A DNA stretch of 64,000 bases, taken from assembly GCF_036321535.1 (NCBI RefSeq), contig NC_087451.1, positions 19,654,001 to 19,718,000 on the forward strand. The letters are read 5' to 3'. Position numbers and translations under genes: made by a program. Within the stretch, counting starts at the first letter, position 1. Every line of letters starts with the position of its first letter. Origin of the DNA: Camelus dromedarius. Taxonomy: Eukaryota. The notes under the pieces were generated by a model that worked only from the letters and a program-made list of their open reading frames with translations, had not been told where the DNA came from and made no database searches. Of this stretch, positions 22,133 through 35,725 are shown piece after piece.

Positions 22133-25100
22133 TCAGGGGGCAGACTGAGGGGCTGAGGGAGGCAGCACCCTCCGAGAGTGGGCCCGGACCCAAGGGTGGG
22201 CCGAGACCTGGGCAAGCGGCAGCCGTTCTGAGGGGTTATGCTTGAGAAGCTTGGAGATGAGGTCCTGGGCTCCCGCGGGCATGGAACTGGGGAACTTCAG
22301 GTCCACCTGCAGAAGAAAAGAAGGAAGGATCCCACTACTCTCATCCTGGCTGATTTTTCCTTCACTGCCCATTTTACTTGGAGTCATGTGAGCCCCACAA
22401 CTATTCTTCTCACTCCCCATGCCTGGCTTCTGAGGCAGCATAACCCCCGCCAGACCCCCCCGGGCCAGCCTCCCACCTTGACGATGCGCCGATATGTCTC
22501 GTTGTGTGAAGCACTCTCGAAGGGTGGGTTTCCCACGAGCAGCTCATAGCAGAGTACTCCGATGCACCACAGATCCACCTTCTCATTGTGTGTGCGCCCC
22601 TCAATCATCTCTGGGGGCAGGTAGTCCAGGGTCCCACACATAGTCTTCCTCCTGGTGGGGGAGGTGAATGAGCAGGGATCCCAGATCCAGACTGTCTCTC
22701 CTTTCCCTGCAGCCTGACAGGGAGCCCAGAGACCCCAGGCTGCACCAGGGGCGTGTTCCAACCAGGCTCCAACAGGGCCTCTGGTGTAGGAGCCAGGCGA
22801 AGACTCTAAAGCCCCAGGGGTGGGCTTACACACTGCCTCTTCATTTCCACACCATGAGCCGTATCCTAAAATAACCAGCTATGAGAGCAGTGCTCAACCT
22901 TAGAATTAAAGGAAAAGTCTCGAATGTCCATCAAGCACGTCCTACTTATATAAATCAGGTTACATCTCTACTACGCGATGTTATGAAGCCATTACAAATA
23001 ATGTGGAAGGTTTATCACATATAAGACAAGAAGGTTCCAATGTGTCAATTAAGAAATCTGGGTAACAAAACTGAGTCTCCTGTTTTTGTAACGATATTGC
23101 TGTATCTATGTATTTGCATGAGGACAAACCCAAATGTCTCTGGGTAACAAGATCTAGAGTGGTTTTATTTTGAATGCCCCAGCCTCGCACCCAGGGCTGG
23201 CCTCCTAGCCCACCGTACCTCAAGGAGGGCGCGTGCACAGACCAGCCAAAGTCAGCAATCTTCAGCTCTCCCTGAAGCCCCAAGAGCAGATTCTCTGGCT
23301 TTATGTCTCTGTGAATCACCTTCTTCCCGTGGCAGTATATCAGAGCATCTGCCAGCTCCTCCATGATCTGGGAGGGCCAACGACAAGTAATCAGACAAGG
23401 ACCGACCTCCAGGGCAAGCAGCCATACCCCCAGCCTCCAGCCCCCGCCGGTACCCCAGGTGCCCACCCGCCCCGACCGTGGCTGTTCGCTGCTCATCAAA
23501 AGTGCGGCTTTTCTGCAGTTCCTTGTAGAGCTCCCCCCGAGGTGCATACTCCAGAATCAAGTAAATCCTTCGCCGGTCATAGAAATAGTTGTAGAGACGC
23601 AAGATGTTGGGATGCCTGGGAGAAGAGACAGAGAGGGCATCAGGCTGCATACTGGCATAAAGACATGAGAAAGATGATAGGTCCCACGGGGCAAACTGAG
23701 TCAGGCTTGGGCCAGGCAGGGGACAAGAGGCTGGCAGTGCTAAGCAGGAATTAGAGGCGGATCTCTGCAGTCAAGGCGCTGGTGGGGATTGAGGGCTTAT
23801 TGGGACTAAGTGGCCACAGCTGCCGAGAAGACAGTCTGGATGTGGTGGGGTTGGAAGAGGAGCTGGGGATAAGGCAGCAGGGGGACTCTGGCTCAGAGGG
23901 CGTTGATCCGTACTGTAGATGGGCCTGGATTTCGATCTCCCTGCGAAGCTGGTGCTCCACGCCCTCCTTNNNNNNNNNNNNNNNNNNNNNNNNNNNNNNN
24001 NNNNNNNNNNNNNNNNNNNNNNNNNNNNNNNNNNNNNNNNNNNNNNNNNNNNNNNNNNNNNNNNNNNNNNNNNNNNNNNNNNNNNNNNNNNNNNNNNNNN
24101 NNNNNNNNNTTAGAGTGAGGAGAGGGCAGCTGAGCACAGGTTCCTTGGTCCTGAGGTGTTTGCCTTCTCCCTGCACCTCAGTCCATCCTGCCCTCAGCCC
24201 CGTTTCTCTTCCAGGGGAGTTGAGGATGGATCAGGCTTTCCTGCCTGCATCCCTGCTCCTCCTACCCTTAGCTTCTACCTCCCCCATTTCCTACCTGTTC
24301 ATTGTCCCATTCCATCTCTTGCCATCCCAAGACTTGGGGTGCTTACATTGAGATGTTGGGGGTCCCACTGCTGTTCTCCATCACCTTCTGGCCAGGGGCA
24401 CCTAAGGAAAGAACAGGGAAGTTGAGGCTATCCTTAGACATTTTCATCCCTGCACACTCCCCAAACCCTAGATCCTTCAGGTCGATCCCCTCCCCCTTTT
24501 CCCAGTTACCTATGGGCTGGGCATTGGAGCGGCTCATGAGGACAAGTGCAGATGGGGTGACAGGTTCCTTCCGGAGGACTCTCTGTGGCAGGGTGTTCAG
24601 GCCAGACTGAGCCTGAGAAGGAGCAGGGGGGAACTCTGAGTTGCCTTTATCCCAGTGACCGGGTTGGAATGCGCTGCAAGCAGCATTTCAGGACTTGCTG
24701 TAAAGCTTCCCGCCCACCCACCCACCCCTAGCACAAAGAGGAACACTGAGACCACAATTTTGCTACTCAGCCCCAAGACTCTGCTCAGAGCCCCATAATA
24801 AAGTGAGTTATTAATAAACAACCTAAGTCGGCCAAGATAAGGAGCAAAGGACTTACACCAACATCTAGTATCTCATCTCTTTGGCCCTGGCCCATAGTCC
24901 TGCCCATAACACCAGTCATTCAGCCAGTTCCCCCACCCCAGGGAGCAGTAGAGGCTGGGGTAATGAAAACCCACAATTCAAAGAGTCTTGAGGGAGGGTA
25001 GAGCTCAGTGGTAGAGTGCATGCCTAGCATGCATGAGATCCTGGGTTCAATCCCCAGTACCTTCACTAAATAAATACATAAACCTAATTACTTCCCTCTC

Positions 25101-26182
25101 CAAAAAAAAGAAGAATAAGAGTCTTAGCACAGAGGTGTTCTCATGGTCCCCTAAAAAGTTCAGTCTTGGGGCCTTGAATGTTCAGTAGATCTCAGTATTT
25201 ACCCCTTTGCAACAACTGGCTTTAGGGATACTGAGGGCTACCCTGATGGCCCTGGACCACATCTGACTTTCAGCTTCTGAGTAATATACATGACATTCTT
25301 TTGGGAGTGACCAATGCAGACATGACAACGGTTTCTCTTCTAGCCTCCACTATTGACAGCCTCATTCAGAGCTTCACCAGTGGGGAGCTGGTGGACAAGG
25401 GGACAGACGGACCCTCCAGGATACCCAAGCCCCACCAACAGGGAGCAAAGCCCATGCAGGGCTCCTCCTTTTTCCTTTAGCCAAGGAAGGAACCTCAGTG
25501 CCCCTACAGACCTGTTCCCAAACAGTGATATCAGTACAAAATTTACAAATAACTAAGTTGAACAAAATAGAGTCCAGAAATATATCCATATGTATGTGGG
25601 AATTTAATATATATATTAAAGGTAGCATTTCAAATCAGAGGGTAGACTCTTCAATGAATGGTATTGGGATACCAGGAAAATAAAGCCATTTAGATGCTTA
25701 CTTCACACCAGTCATTAAAATAAATTCCAAATTCTTAAATTAGACTTGTGTTGGACCTTTTAAACTTAAACTTACCTAAATCCTTCCAGAGTCTATTTCT
25801 ATTTCTTGCCTAGCCTATTTTTTCAGGACAAGTGTTGGGAATCATGGCTTGAAGGCCAGATCCTGCTTGCTGAGCCCCAGATTTCACTTGTTTGTGACAA
25901 GTAGCCTGAACTCTGCAGAGGTCTTCACAAGCTGGTCAAATTCAAGTTGGCAGCACTTGACAACAATGTGGCTGCAAATGACCAAACTGGGTTCCACCAG
26001 AAAACTCTTGGGACCCATACGTTGGCGCATAACTGTGAAGAAAATGCTAGGAGGATCGCCCTCTGCAGGACCTCAAATTTGCAATCAGGAACTCGCCATG
26101 CTGGTGGGGGGAGGGGAAGTGGGCTAGCCCTTACCGTCTGCCGGCCGTAGGGCCAGGGGTAGGTGTTCTCCTTCTGGGCCAT
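22133..26182 (-). CDS. AURKB: Aurora kinase B, 8 coding exons, 344 aa
   Basis: Exons 26182-26135, 24612-24510, 24401-24347, about 24105-23914 (5' part in N run, start inferred), 23615-23477, 23367-23219, 22651-22477, 22306-22133; total 1035 nt. Motifs [50 protein letters not shown]. Confidence 0.97.
23970..24109. other. N run (140 nt) covering AURKB kinase subdomains I-II; other N runs at 532-687, 26945-27087, 33897-34035
   Basis: Direct count of N bases. Confidence 0.99.
24990..25116 (+). mobile_element. Vic-1-type SINE in AURKB intron
   Basis: GGGAGGGTAGAGCTCAGTGGTAGAG head, A tail, 9-bp TSD AAGAGTCTT (24981-24989 / 25117-25125). Confidence 0.88.
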
Positions 26183-26595
26183 CCTTAGAGGGAAAAGGGG
26201 AGGGAACTGGGCAGAGAAAAGAAACAGCTGTGAGAAGCAGAAAAAAGGGAGCGAGAGAGGGAGGGGTCAGACCGATCTAGCCGGAAGCGCTTGCCTGGGG
26301 CTGGTGAAACGGAGCAGGTCCAAACGCTGGCCGCCTCTAGGCGCATCCTGGCGCTCGCCTCGCTGCTACCGGCCCCACCCCTTTCTAGGACCCCTTTTCA
26401 TCCTTGAGCGCCCAGCAGGAGCGCGGAGTGCGCTAAGGCCCGTCCAACGGACCCCCAACCTGCCTGATCACCTGCCTTCTCCCGGCGTAAGGCCCGCGAA
26501 AGGAGAACAGCTCACCTGGAACCCGTGGCACGGTCACCCTCCCTGGCCGCTGGGAAACAACTGAACCTGCCTGGCCGCACCTCCGCCGGGGCCCT

Positions 26596-26691
26596 TTCAA
26601 ATCTCCCGCCCTGGCCCCATTGGCTGAGCGCACCGCCCATGCCCAATCCTCATTGGCTAGGTGTCCCATGACGTAGCCCGCGGGGCCCAAT
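26596..26691 (-). promoter_or_regulatory. AURKB G2/M promoter: CDE/CHR tandem element and CCAAT boxes
   Basis: Minus strand GGCGG-GAGA-TTTGAA (26610-26596) is a canonical CDE, 4-nt spacer and CHR. CCAAT boxes at 26619, 26643, 26652 and 26687, the first and third 33 bp apart. Likely non-coding exon 1 donor near 26515. Confidence 0.85.
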
Positions 26692-27369
26692 GGAAGAGGC
26701 GGAATGCGAGCCGCGGTGCGCTTGGGTTCCGGCTTAGGAAAGTTACCCTCATTCCCCCAAAATTCGCCTTAAAATTTTTTTTAAAATACTCAGTATGTCT
26801 GGAATTTATCCTTGTATGTGAACTAAGGTCTAACTTTGTTTTCTACCAGATGGAGAGCCATTTATGCCAGCATCATTTGTTAAACTACACCATTCCCAAC
26901 GGAATTTAAATGCTCCCCTTGATGTATTAGTCACCATAGATACTNNNNNNNNNNNNNNNNNNNNNNNNNNNNNNNNNNNNNNNNNNNNNNNNNNNNNNNN
27001 NNNNNNNNNNNNNNNNNNNNNNNNNNNNNNNNNNNNNNNNNNNNNNNNNNNNNNNNNNNNNNNNNNNNNNNNNNNNNNNNNNNNNNNGTATTCTTGTGTC
27101 ATTACTATTTTGTTCTATAAAGTGTTTCACTCACAATCAGAGTAGGAATTTTCCACCAGAGGACCTTTCTCTGCGGGCTCGCTGACCAAGATCGGATTGT
27201 TTGGACCTACTTTCACTTTTTTCCTTGCCACACTTTTTTGCTCTTTCCGAAGCCAAATTTCATTGTTGGGTTAAATAAATACATTTGGGGACCTTCTATG
27301 AAATAACTAGTGCAGCCTGGCCAGCACCCTTCCTCTTTCTTCTAATAATAACACCCTAACTTGGCTTTA

Positions 27370-27960
27370 GGGAACCACCAGTCTCCCCATTCTGTGTTGT
27401 CGGTATCTGTTGCTGCCAACCCCAAATCCCTAATTGGATGGAGACCTGTTGTATTGGACATTGTGGTTATCTAGGCAGCATCCATACTCCCAGCGATTCC
27501 CACTTCCTGAAAGCAACTAGAGTTTTGTGGGTCTGAGAGGGAAGCTGACCCCATCCCAGGCTCAGGAGTGGACCCTGACTGATTGACACCAGTCAACACC
27601 TTTTATTCTGGGATCATGGTCACTGGTTCAGGGATAAGCATGTAACCTAAGTGGGCCAGTTACTAGGAATTTTAGGATTCTTGCTCAGAATGCTGGACAG
27701 AAACTGCTTTTCTCTTCTAGAACTGGACAAAGAAGCAAACAGCCTGCATTGTTGTTGGTGGTGGTGCTTCTGAAGGGGACACCCTGAGAATGAAGCTGAT
27801 ACTGCAGATGGCGAAAGAGAGGTCTGGAAAGAACCCAGGAACTTGATGACAATGTTGAGCCTCCAGATGCCTATTTCAGCCAATTCCTTACAGGAGCCAA
27901 TAGGTCTCCTTCCCTAATGCATAGTCAAGAGTTATGTTAATTGCTGTCAAAAGCATACTA
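27370..27960 (+). mobile_element. Old MLT1 (H-J type) LTR remnant
   Basis: AAGCTGACCCCATCCCAGGCTC and CACTGGTTCAGGGATAAGCATGTAACCTAAG motifs. Confidence 0.5.
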
Positions 27961-28635
27961 ACTGACACACATCCACAGCCCTACAAGGTTCTTAGTTATT
28001 TACCTTAAATGATGCAAAACTACTGATAGTCAATCATTTTAACCTACCAAAAATATCAACTTCATATGATTCAACCAAATGTAAATGAAATAAGTCTTAA
28101 TGGATTTCTAGATCAGTTTACAATGCTTTTGCCTCTAAGTAACAGAAAACTCATTTAACAATGGCATAAAAAATTGACACCTGTTTCCTCTTACATAACA
28201 AGAAATCAGAAAGTAGTAGTTGGCTCAGGACCTGAACAATTTCAGAGGTCTGGCTTAGCCTCTCTGTGATTCTCTTAACATTTCTCTTATGACTGCAAGA
28301 CGGCTGCCAATTGTCTCTGTCTCTTTTATCAGGAAAAGTAGAAGCCTTTCAAAAAGTTCCCAATTTTTCCTTGGCTAGAACTGTGTGTGTCACATGACTA
28401 CTGCAAAAGAGTCTGGCCAAGTGAGTATCACTTCCAGCCGCTACAGTTATAGCAGCAAGGGGTTGTGGTGGTAGAAATAGGTGTGTGCTACAGTTGCTTA
28501 CAATTTCATGCTGGGGAGCCCATGATTAGTTTAAAAAGTCAGAGATCTGTGCATCATGAAGTATCTTCAGAGATTTGATAATCATGGCCACCCTGCTGCC
28601 ATCTACGAAAAAACATTTTGCTTTTGGAGGTACAC

Positions 28636-28802
28636 TTTTTTTTTTTTTTTTTTTGCATGACCTGCACTGGCTGTTTTGGGGTTGGGGGTAGGGGGAGGTA
28701 ATTAGGGTTATTTATTTTTTAAGTAGAGGTACTGGGGATTGAACACAGGACCTCATGCATGCTGTGCTCACACTCTGCCACTGAGCTGTACCCCCACCCC
28801 CC
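28636..28802 (-). mobile_element. Vic-1-type SINE
   Basis: Poly-T, then the reverse complement of the SINE head; possible TACACT TSD. Confidence 0.8.
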
Positions 28803-30339
28803 TTACACTGTTTTCACTTAGGGTCAGCCCAGCCCCACCTCCCAAGATCAGGGAGCCCATTTCAATGTCAGTGCCTTTATCAAAATATTTAGCATAGAGT
28901 GACTAGCCAATGAAGAGCTTTATAAAAATCCTATCACTTGCAGTATATTTTATTCCTCATAACCTAGTGAAGGAAGACAGAAAATTCTGGAAACTCTTAG
29001 GGGATGTAGTGCACAGGAGGGCTATGCCTGATAGCTCACATACGGTATTTCTGTCTCCTGGAGTCTTTAAATTCTTACTTGCTCATTATGTCAGAAGACA
29101 GTTGTCCTTTCAGGAATATTTGATGGGCCAGCATAAAACCAAGATTTGCATTATTCATAAAACAAAGCTAAACAAAACCTATCTGTTCTAGCAACTAGGC
29201 AACTATCAGCTGCCTGCTAAAGTTAGTGAACAAAATCTCTGTTATTTACCCCAATGCTTCTCAAACGATCTGTAGGGAACAACCCATCTCAGTTATTTTC
29301 CATCTATCCCAGATTGATAATTTACAAAAATGCAGTAGAAATTAATTCCTTGAAAAATGAAATCTAAAAAATATAAAAATTACAAGCTGACTTTTTTTTG
29401 TTACAATCAATATTTATAAAAGTAATTTGACAAATGCTGTAAGAGTTTTTAAATACTTCACTCTCAACTTCTACACATATCCCAGACCTGAAAGAAACCA
29501 TTCATGAAGTGGCACCAGTTCTGTGGACCACACTGAGTACCAGCAATCCACCCCCACAGCAACAAAAACAGTCACACCCAAAACTGTGTTCTGTTCTCTC
29601 AACGTCCACTGACCTGCAGGGATTTCCCAGGTTTATAGTGAGGCAGGGGAACAGTTTCCTCTGAGGGTGACTCTTTTCTTCTTTCCACTTGCTTTGCTTT
29701 TTGCCTCCTAGTTCATGTTGTGATTCTGGCTACTGGCCAAGGAACTTTGAGAGGGCTCTTTGAGGGGCAATGGTCACTATTCTATTCCCAGAGCTGAATT
29801 TTCATGTGACTGGGAAGGATTGGGATGTATCATGTTCCAAGGTCAGGCAGGGTGGCTGGGATGCTGTGATGGTTGTGAGGCACATATGTCAGTCCTTTTA
29901 CTTCTGATAATGGAATATCCCCCAAAAGAAATGTCAAGGCATGGATTCTCATCATCAGCCAATAAACCCCTTCCAGGAATGAGGAGTAGCAGGCTCAGAA
30001 GGGACTTGTTAGAGGAGCCTAGCCAGTACACCCCATGTCTCCCCACTCACTTGTCCTCCTTAAGGTAAATCTGAGGCAGTGCTGCTGAGCTAAGTAGGTG
30101 CGTCAAGACCTGGCTGCCTACCTCCATCCAGATGCCCCTTGAGCATCCCCAGGTCAAACATCATCACTGGGGTTTGCTCTTGGCTATTAGAGCCCAAGTG
30201 TTTGTCTTTGGTATACACAACAGTCCCTGCCACTGTGACTGAGGCCTGAGGCCCTGTCCAGGTCCCTGTATGCATCCTCACAAATTGGATCAGCAGAAAC
30301 AGGGCCCCCCACACGTGACTGGACAACAAGCTCCTACAC

Positions 30340-31450
30340 TGCACTTCTGACACATGGTAAAATATTTTACTGAAGTATACGTACAGAAAATGTACAGCTG
30401 GATAAATATTCACAAACTGAATCCCCTGGGTAACCAGCACTGAGATCAAGAAACAGACCACTTCTGGCACCCCAGGAGGACCCCCCAACCTTCTTTTCAA
30501 GTCACCCCTTTCCCTAGTGTCCCCACTATCCCAACTTCTAACTTATACAGCAGTTCTGCCTGTTTTGAACTTTATGCAAATGGCACATTACGATATATAT
30601 TCTTTGATGTCTGACTTTTCTTATTTAACATTATGTTTGTGAGACTTACCCATTCTGTGGCTGTATGGATTTTTAAACATACATGAACATGATAACATTT
30701 ACATGGGTTAGTTAAAAGTCAGTCTGTCAAGGTGGAGTGGGGAAATACAACTTTTTTTTTTTTAAAGTAAGTCTCTCTACCAACCCAAATTGCCTCGTCT
30801 TCTACTCCCATCACCAGAAGCGACCACTGGCTGGTTCTCATGTACCATTTCAGCACTTGTGTAACTATTATTCAGTTATTCAAATGTTAACATGTTTTGC
30901 TATACTTGCTTCTGATTTTTTTAATGAAATAAAAGACACACAGGTGAAGCCTCAGTATAACAATTTAAGAATTAGTCTATATATACACTTTCTCTATCAT
31001 TTCCCCTATTGCCTTTTTTCTGACGCTCCTTTTAGATGTATAGCAGGGCTTCTAATTTAATCCTCCACAGCTTTTGGCTTGCATTTTCATATTTTTCAAA
31101 TTTCTCTGTTCTCTGTTTTGAGTGAAGTCTTGAATTCTATTTTTGAAATAGCGAGTTTGCTCTCAGAGTGTGCCCAGCTAATGTAAGATAGACTTATATT
31201 ATTACATCTATCACTCATATGTAAGATTTCCAATTGGTCATTTGTCAATCCATACGATTTTATTTAATTTCCACTTTTGTTTCATGATTTGATTTTTTTT
31301 AAGTGAAAGTACTCCTTCACTCATCTTTTTACATATCCTAATCACACCTACTTTAAGTTCTTTGTCAGATGGCTCCATAAACTTCCTTTCATCTAGAGTG
31401 AGCCCTTGTCCCCATGATTGTGCTCTAATCATGACATTTCTTCATATGTT
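30340..31450 (-). mobile_element. Old L1M fragments
   Basis: Antisense L1MC/ME 3' end text (GAAGTATACGTACAGAAAATGTACAG...CACTGAGATCAAGAAACAG). Confidence 0.55.
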
Positions 31451-33221
31451 TTGGGATTTGGGTTTGTAACGTCAGCTTGGGTGAGAGATCTTTTTGTTCT
31501 TATTTTGTTTTCTCTCTCTTGCTTTGTGTTCACCCCTCCCTGACCTACAGTTAGACCATAGCTGTTACCTTGCCTCCTTGCACCCAGTTAAGAATCAGGT
31601 CTCACCACGGTCTTTCGGAGTTCCCGCCCCGCTACAATATTGGGAGTATCTCAAAGGAAGTCACTGAGGGCAAGTGGGTTCTGTTTCTGGCCTTGAGGCT
31701 ACATCTGAGTCCTTCTGCCTTTTTGGGTCTGGAGCTCCAGGCAGGGAGCTGGCAGATTTTACAGTTCCTTTTTTTTTTTTTTGATACAGGGATGTCACTG
31801 CAGCTCTGGCTCCAGCTCCCTGTGCCTAATCAGTCCCTGTTTCCCAGTAGGACCTTAACACCCCACTATTGTTGCCCGCTTGCAGCCCTGAACCCTGCAC
31901 AGACCCGTTCCTGGCTTTGCATTTGTAGTACTGAATGATTTGTTTCTAAGCCTGGTTGATGGCCCTTTCATTCACTATTTTTAAACTTTATATGTCAGTG
32001 CTATGTATTTGAAGCAAAAAGGGCCAGAGCGGGAACTTACTATGCTGTCTCTATCGCAAATCCAGACCTTTTCTACTAAGCATGCTTCAGTGTTAGGGAG
32101 TGGTGGGTGGGGAGTGCGGCAAAGGGCGAGGACATGGCTGAATGTGCCAGGCAACACTCAGTTCTACTTGATTTTTACTCTGTAAAAGTGAAGCCTAAAT
32201 AGGGACAAACTTCCCATTTTTAAACAGCAGCGAGAAAATCTAGATACACGTGTGAAATTTGCTGAGTTGTGAATGTTGTCAAATAAATCACCAAACAAGT
32301 GTGTGTGCTGGATTTGGTCTGTGGACTAGCAATATTCCATCCTTAACATGCCCAGAGCTCTCTGGACCAGAAACCATACTTTAGAGCCATTCTTTCCTCT
32401 CCAGGGCCACCAACCTTGCCTAGTCAATCATTGGGTGGCCTTTTAGGAAGCTCCGTGTAGCGGGATGTAGGAAAAAGGCCATGGGCTTGGGGGTTACAGG
32501 TTTGCCTCTGGGCCTGCCACTTGCCATCTGTGTTGCTTGGAAATACCCTTCCGCATGTCAGCTCGAAGACAGACGGGCATCCTTACACTGCTTTGTGGGG
32601 GTGCTGTCGGAATAAATGAAATAAGGTCGCTAAAGCCCTCAGCGCGGTGCCTGGCTCACAGTGACCTCTTAATGTTAACTATTATTATGATTAATAAGTC
32701 ACCTAGCCTCAGTGCATGAGAGTAAGATTTCCTTTGTGAACTAATGTCCGCTAATAAACCTAGAGGAAAGAATTTTAAAAACGACCGTTTTGTATCTCCT
32801 TAAGGTGCCCTGGTTCGGATGGGCACCAGGAGGGCCCACTGCCAACCTCACCCGCCTTTCCCCTTAGGCTGCCAGAGCTCTTGGACTGTCACTTTGCCAA
32901 GTCCTCAGCAGTTCTTGAATCAAAAACACTTGGCTTCTGCAGCAAAGGCTGGTTGATTGTCTGCCTCCATCTTGGCATACGTGACACAGTGACCACTTTG
33001 GCAGAAGGCAGACAGGCTGGAGTGAGTACAGGTGAGCGCGAGGAATAAATTTCAGCCTGGGTGTGTGTCTGCTTTGTGCATGGTGGCAAGACGGCCCAAA
33101 TTCCTCTCCTGCCACCTAAGCCTACCACACTAACAAAGGCACTGTTAGTTACAGAAAGAGATGTCAAGGAAGAAATTCCCCACTGGGAGAGACAAGGCTT
33201 GTGGAGTGGAAGGCTTGGATT

Positions 33222-33275
33222 TCTTTTTCTTCCTTCCTTCCTTCCTTTCTTTCTCTCTCTCTTTCTTTCTTTTTC
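33222..33275. repeat. Polypyrimidine (CCTT/CTTT/CT)n microsatellite
   Basis: TTCTTTTTCTTCCTTCCTTCCTTCCTTTCTTTCTCTCTCTCTTTCTTTCTTTTTC. Confidence 0.85.
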
Positions 33276-33412
33276 AGTATACTAGAAGCAGCAAAAATGC
33301 ACATGGCTCTGGGCTTCTAGTGACTGCAGGGAAGTTTGGAGAATATTTGTATTTAACAAAGATTAAATACAAAAATTTGTATTTGATACCGTTGTGTTCT
33401 ATTTCATGGAGA

Positions 33413-34762
33413 TGTGGATGAAGAACATCGCCTGCCATATCAGTAAACAAAGGATGTTGAGGCCATCAAGCTATCGGCCACTGCAGCTGCCCCCACTATT
33501 CACCCTGAGGGGAACCAGGATGGAAAAGGCCAGGATACTGGCCCTAGAGGGTTAACACGCGTGTCAAAGGAATGATTTCACTGAGCCCAGACTCTTACAT
33601 CTTCCTATACATAGAAAAATTCATTAACTTTAGATATCTCTCTCTTTTTTTAATAAGCAGTAATCTTTTGATGTTCCAGCTACCTGATTTTTGTTGCAAA
33701 ACTCCTGTTCATCCTGGCTCTTCCCTTACCTCTTCAGAGCTGAGAGTACCGAATTAGAGAATATATTTGCAAAAGATAAGACTAACAAAGGCTTAATTTC
33801 CAGAATATATAAACAGCTTATACAACTTAATAATAATTAAAAAAAAGACCCAATCCAAAAATGGGCAGAAGATCTAAACAAGCAATTCTCCAATGANNNN
33901 NNNNNNNNNNNNNNNNNNNNNNNNNNNNNNNNNNNNNNNNNNNNNNNNNNNNNNNNNNNNNNNNNNNNNNNNNNNNNNNNNNNNNNNNNNNNNNNNNNNN
34001 NNNNNNNNNNNNNNNNNNNNNNNNNNNNNNNNNNNCGCTGGAGAGGGTGTGGAGAAAAGGGAACCCTCCTACACCGCTGGTGAGAATGTAGTTTGGTGCA
34101 GCTGTTATGGAAAACAGTACGGAGAGTCCTCAAAAAACTAAAAATAGACTTACCATATGTTCCAGCAATCCCACTCCTGGGCATATATCCAGAGGGAACC
34201 TTAATTCAAAAAGATACAAGTTCATTCTAAGTGAAGTAAGCCAGAAATAGAAAGAAAAATGCCATATGATATCACATACACGGGGAATCATAAAAAAAAA
34301 AAAAAAAAGACAAACGAACTTATTTACAAAACAGAAACAGACTCATAGACATGGAAAACAAACTTACAGTTACGGGGGGGAAGTGGCTGGGAAGGGATAA
34401 ATTGGAAGTTCGAGATTTGCAGATAAGAACTAATATGTATAAAATAGATAAACAAGTTCATACTGTATAGCATAGGGAACTATATTCAATATCTTGTAGG
34501 AACTTACGGTGAAAAAGAATATGAAAACAAATATATGTAGTTCTCATATGACTGAAGCATTGTGCTGTACACCAGAAATTGACACAACCTTGTAAACTGA
34601 CTATACTTCAATTAAATATATATATACTATATGTATATAAAACCCAAAAACAAACAAAAAAAGAACTATCCAAGAGGCTGCCTCCCCGGCTTAAGTCCTC
34701 AGAACATATGCTGAATAAAACATAATTCTCAACTTCTAGGTTGTGCATTTTTTGTTCAGTCA
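33413..34762 (+). mobile_element. Solo ERV LTR split by an L1 insertion (L1 about 33755-34662)
   Basis: LTR-like 5' part begins TGTGGATG; the 3' part carries AATAAAA and ends TTCAGTCA. The intervening L1 has ORF2 end, 3'UTR and A-rich tail. Confidence 0.65.
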
Positions 34763-35653
34763 AGAGAGATGATTAAAACCATAAAAACTTTTTTGGACTG
34801 AAATTCTGAATATAAAAATACAATAATGGAAACATAATTGGTTTTTTTAAAAGAGAGAGAAAACAAAATAATAAAAAAAAGATCAAGTTGGAAAAGCAAC
34901 AGCCTTTTGGACAGCAGTACAGTTAACTGTACAGCTAAGCAGAGCCTTGAACCCCAGAACTGGACTTTTTAGAATCTATGTCATAGACCATACTCAGTGG
35001 AGGCAAAAATAAATAAATAAATACACACGTGCAATCTTACTTATGGTGACATTTTAAATAATAAGAAAAAATGTACAGATAACCAGACAACCAATATGTC
35101 TAACTGTAGAAGAACTGTAACAGCGTTATTCTCAAATTCAGATGGTCATTAAAATTATAATTATAAAGACTGTAGAATCATATTTCCTATTACAATTATA
35201 AGTGAAAATAATGGAGTACAAGATTATGGACACCACTGGCAAGTAGAAGTTAAATAGCCAAAAATTAAAACAGTGGAGAAGGATTATAATTTACCAGTAT
35301 TACTTTAAAATTACTCATTATTGCTGCAATTTTTCCAATAAAGAACATTTATTGCTCCAAAATACATTTTCTGAACAAGAGCTGGTGATTGTTTACGAAC
35401 AATTTCTGTGTCAGGATACCTAAAATATCTGTGAGATTAAAGATATTACAATTTTAATTGATTGGTTTGACGGAAACAGTTAAGGTGAAAATAAAAGTTT
35501 CAAAATTTTTATTTTGGGAGAAAAGTAAGATACTTTAGGGAAAAAAAATCACAGAAACACTCAGGTTTGTATTTTTTTTAATAATACGAAGTTCTTTTTT
35601 CTGTTTCCCCAAAAAATCACTCTGCACAACTGTCCAAAAGGAGTAACGGTACT

Positions 35654-35725
35654 TGACCCCGACGTGATTTGAACACGCAACCTTCTGATCTGGAGTCAGA
35701 CGCGCTACCGTTGCGCCACGAGGCC
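35654..35725 (-). tRNA. tRNA-Trp(CCA)
   Basis: GGCCTCGTGGCGCAACGG...GTCGGGGTCA, 72 nt; differs from the 10338 copy only at position 2. Confidence 0.98.

Noticed and set aside
2020-28802. tRNA-Ala-like sequences at 2020, 2850, 18730, 24990 and 28636
   Set aside because: Broken stems, A-rich tails and target-site duplications identify them as SINEs, not tRNA genes.
30090-30500. 136-aa ORF as a possible processed pseudogene
   Set aside because: Its first half is antisense L1M, and no frame of the remainder resembles a protein I recognise.
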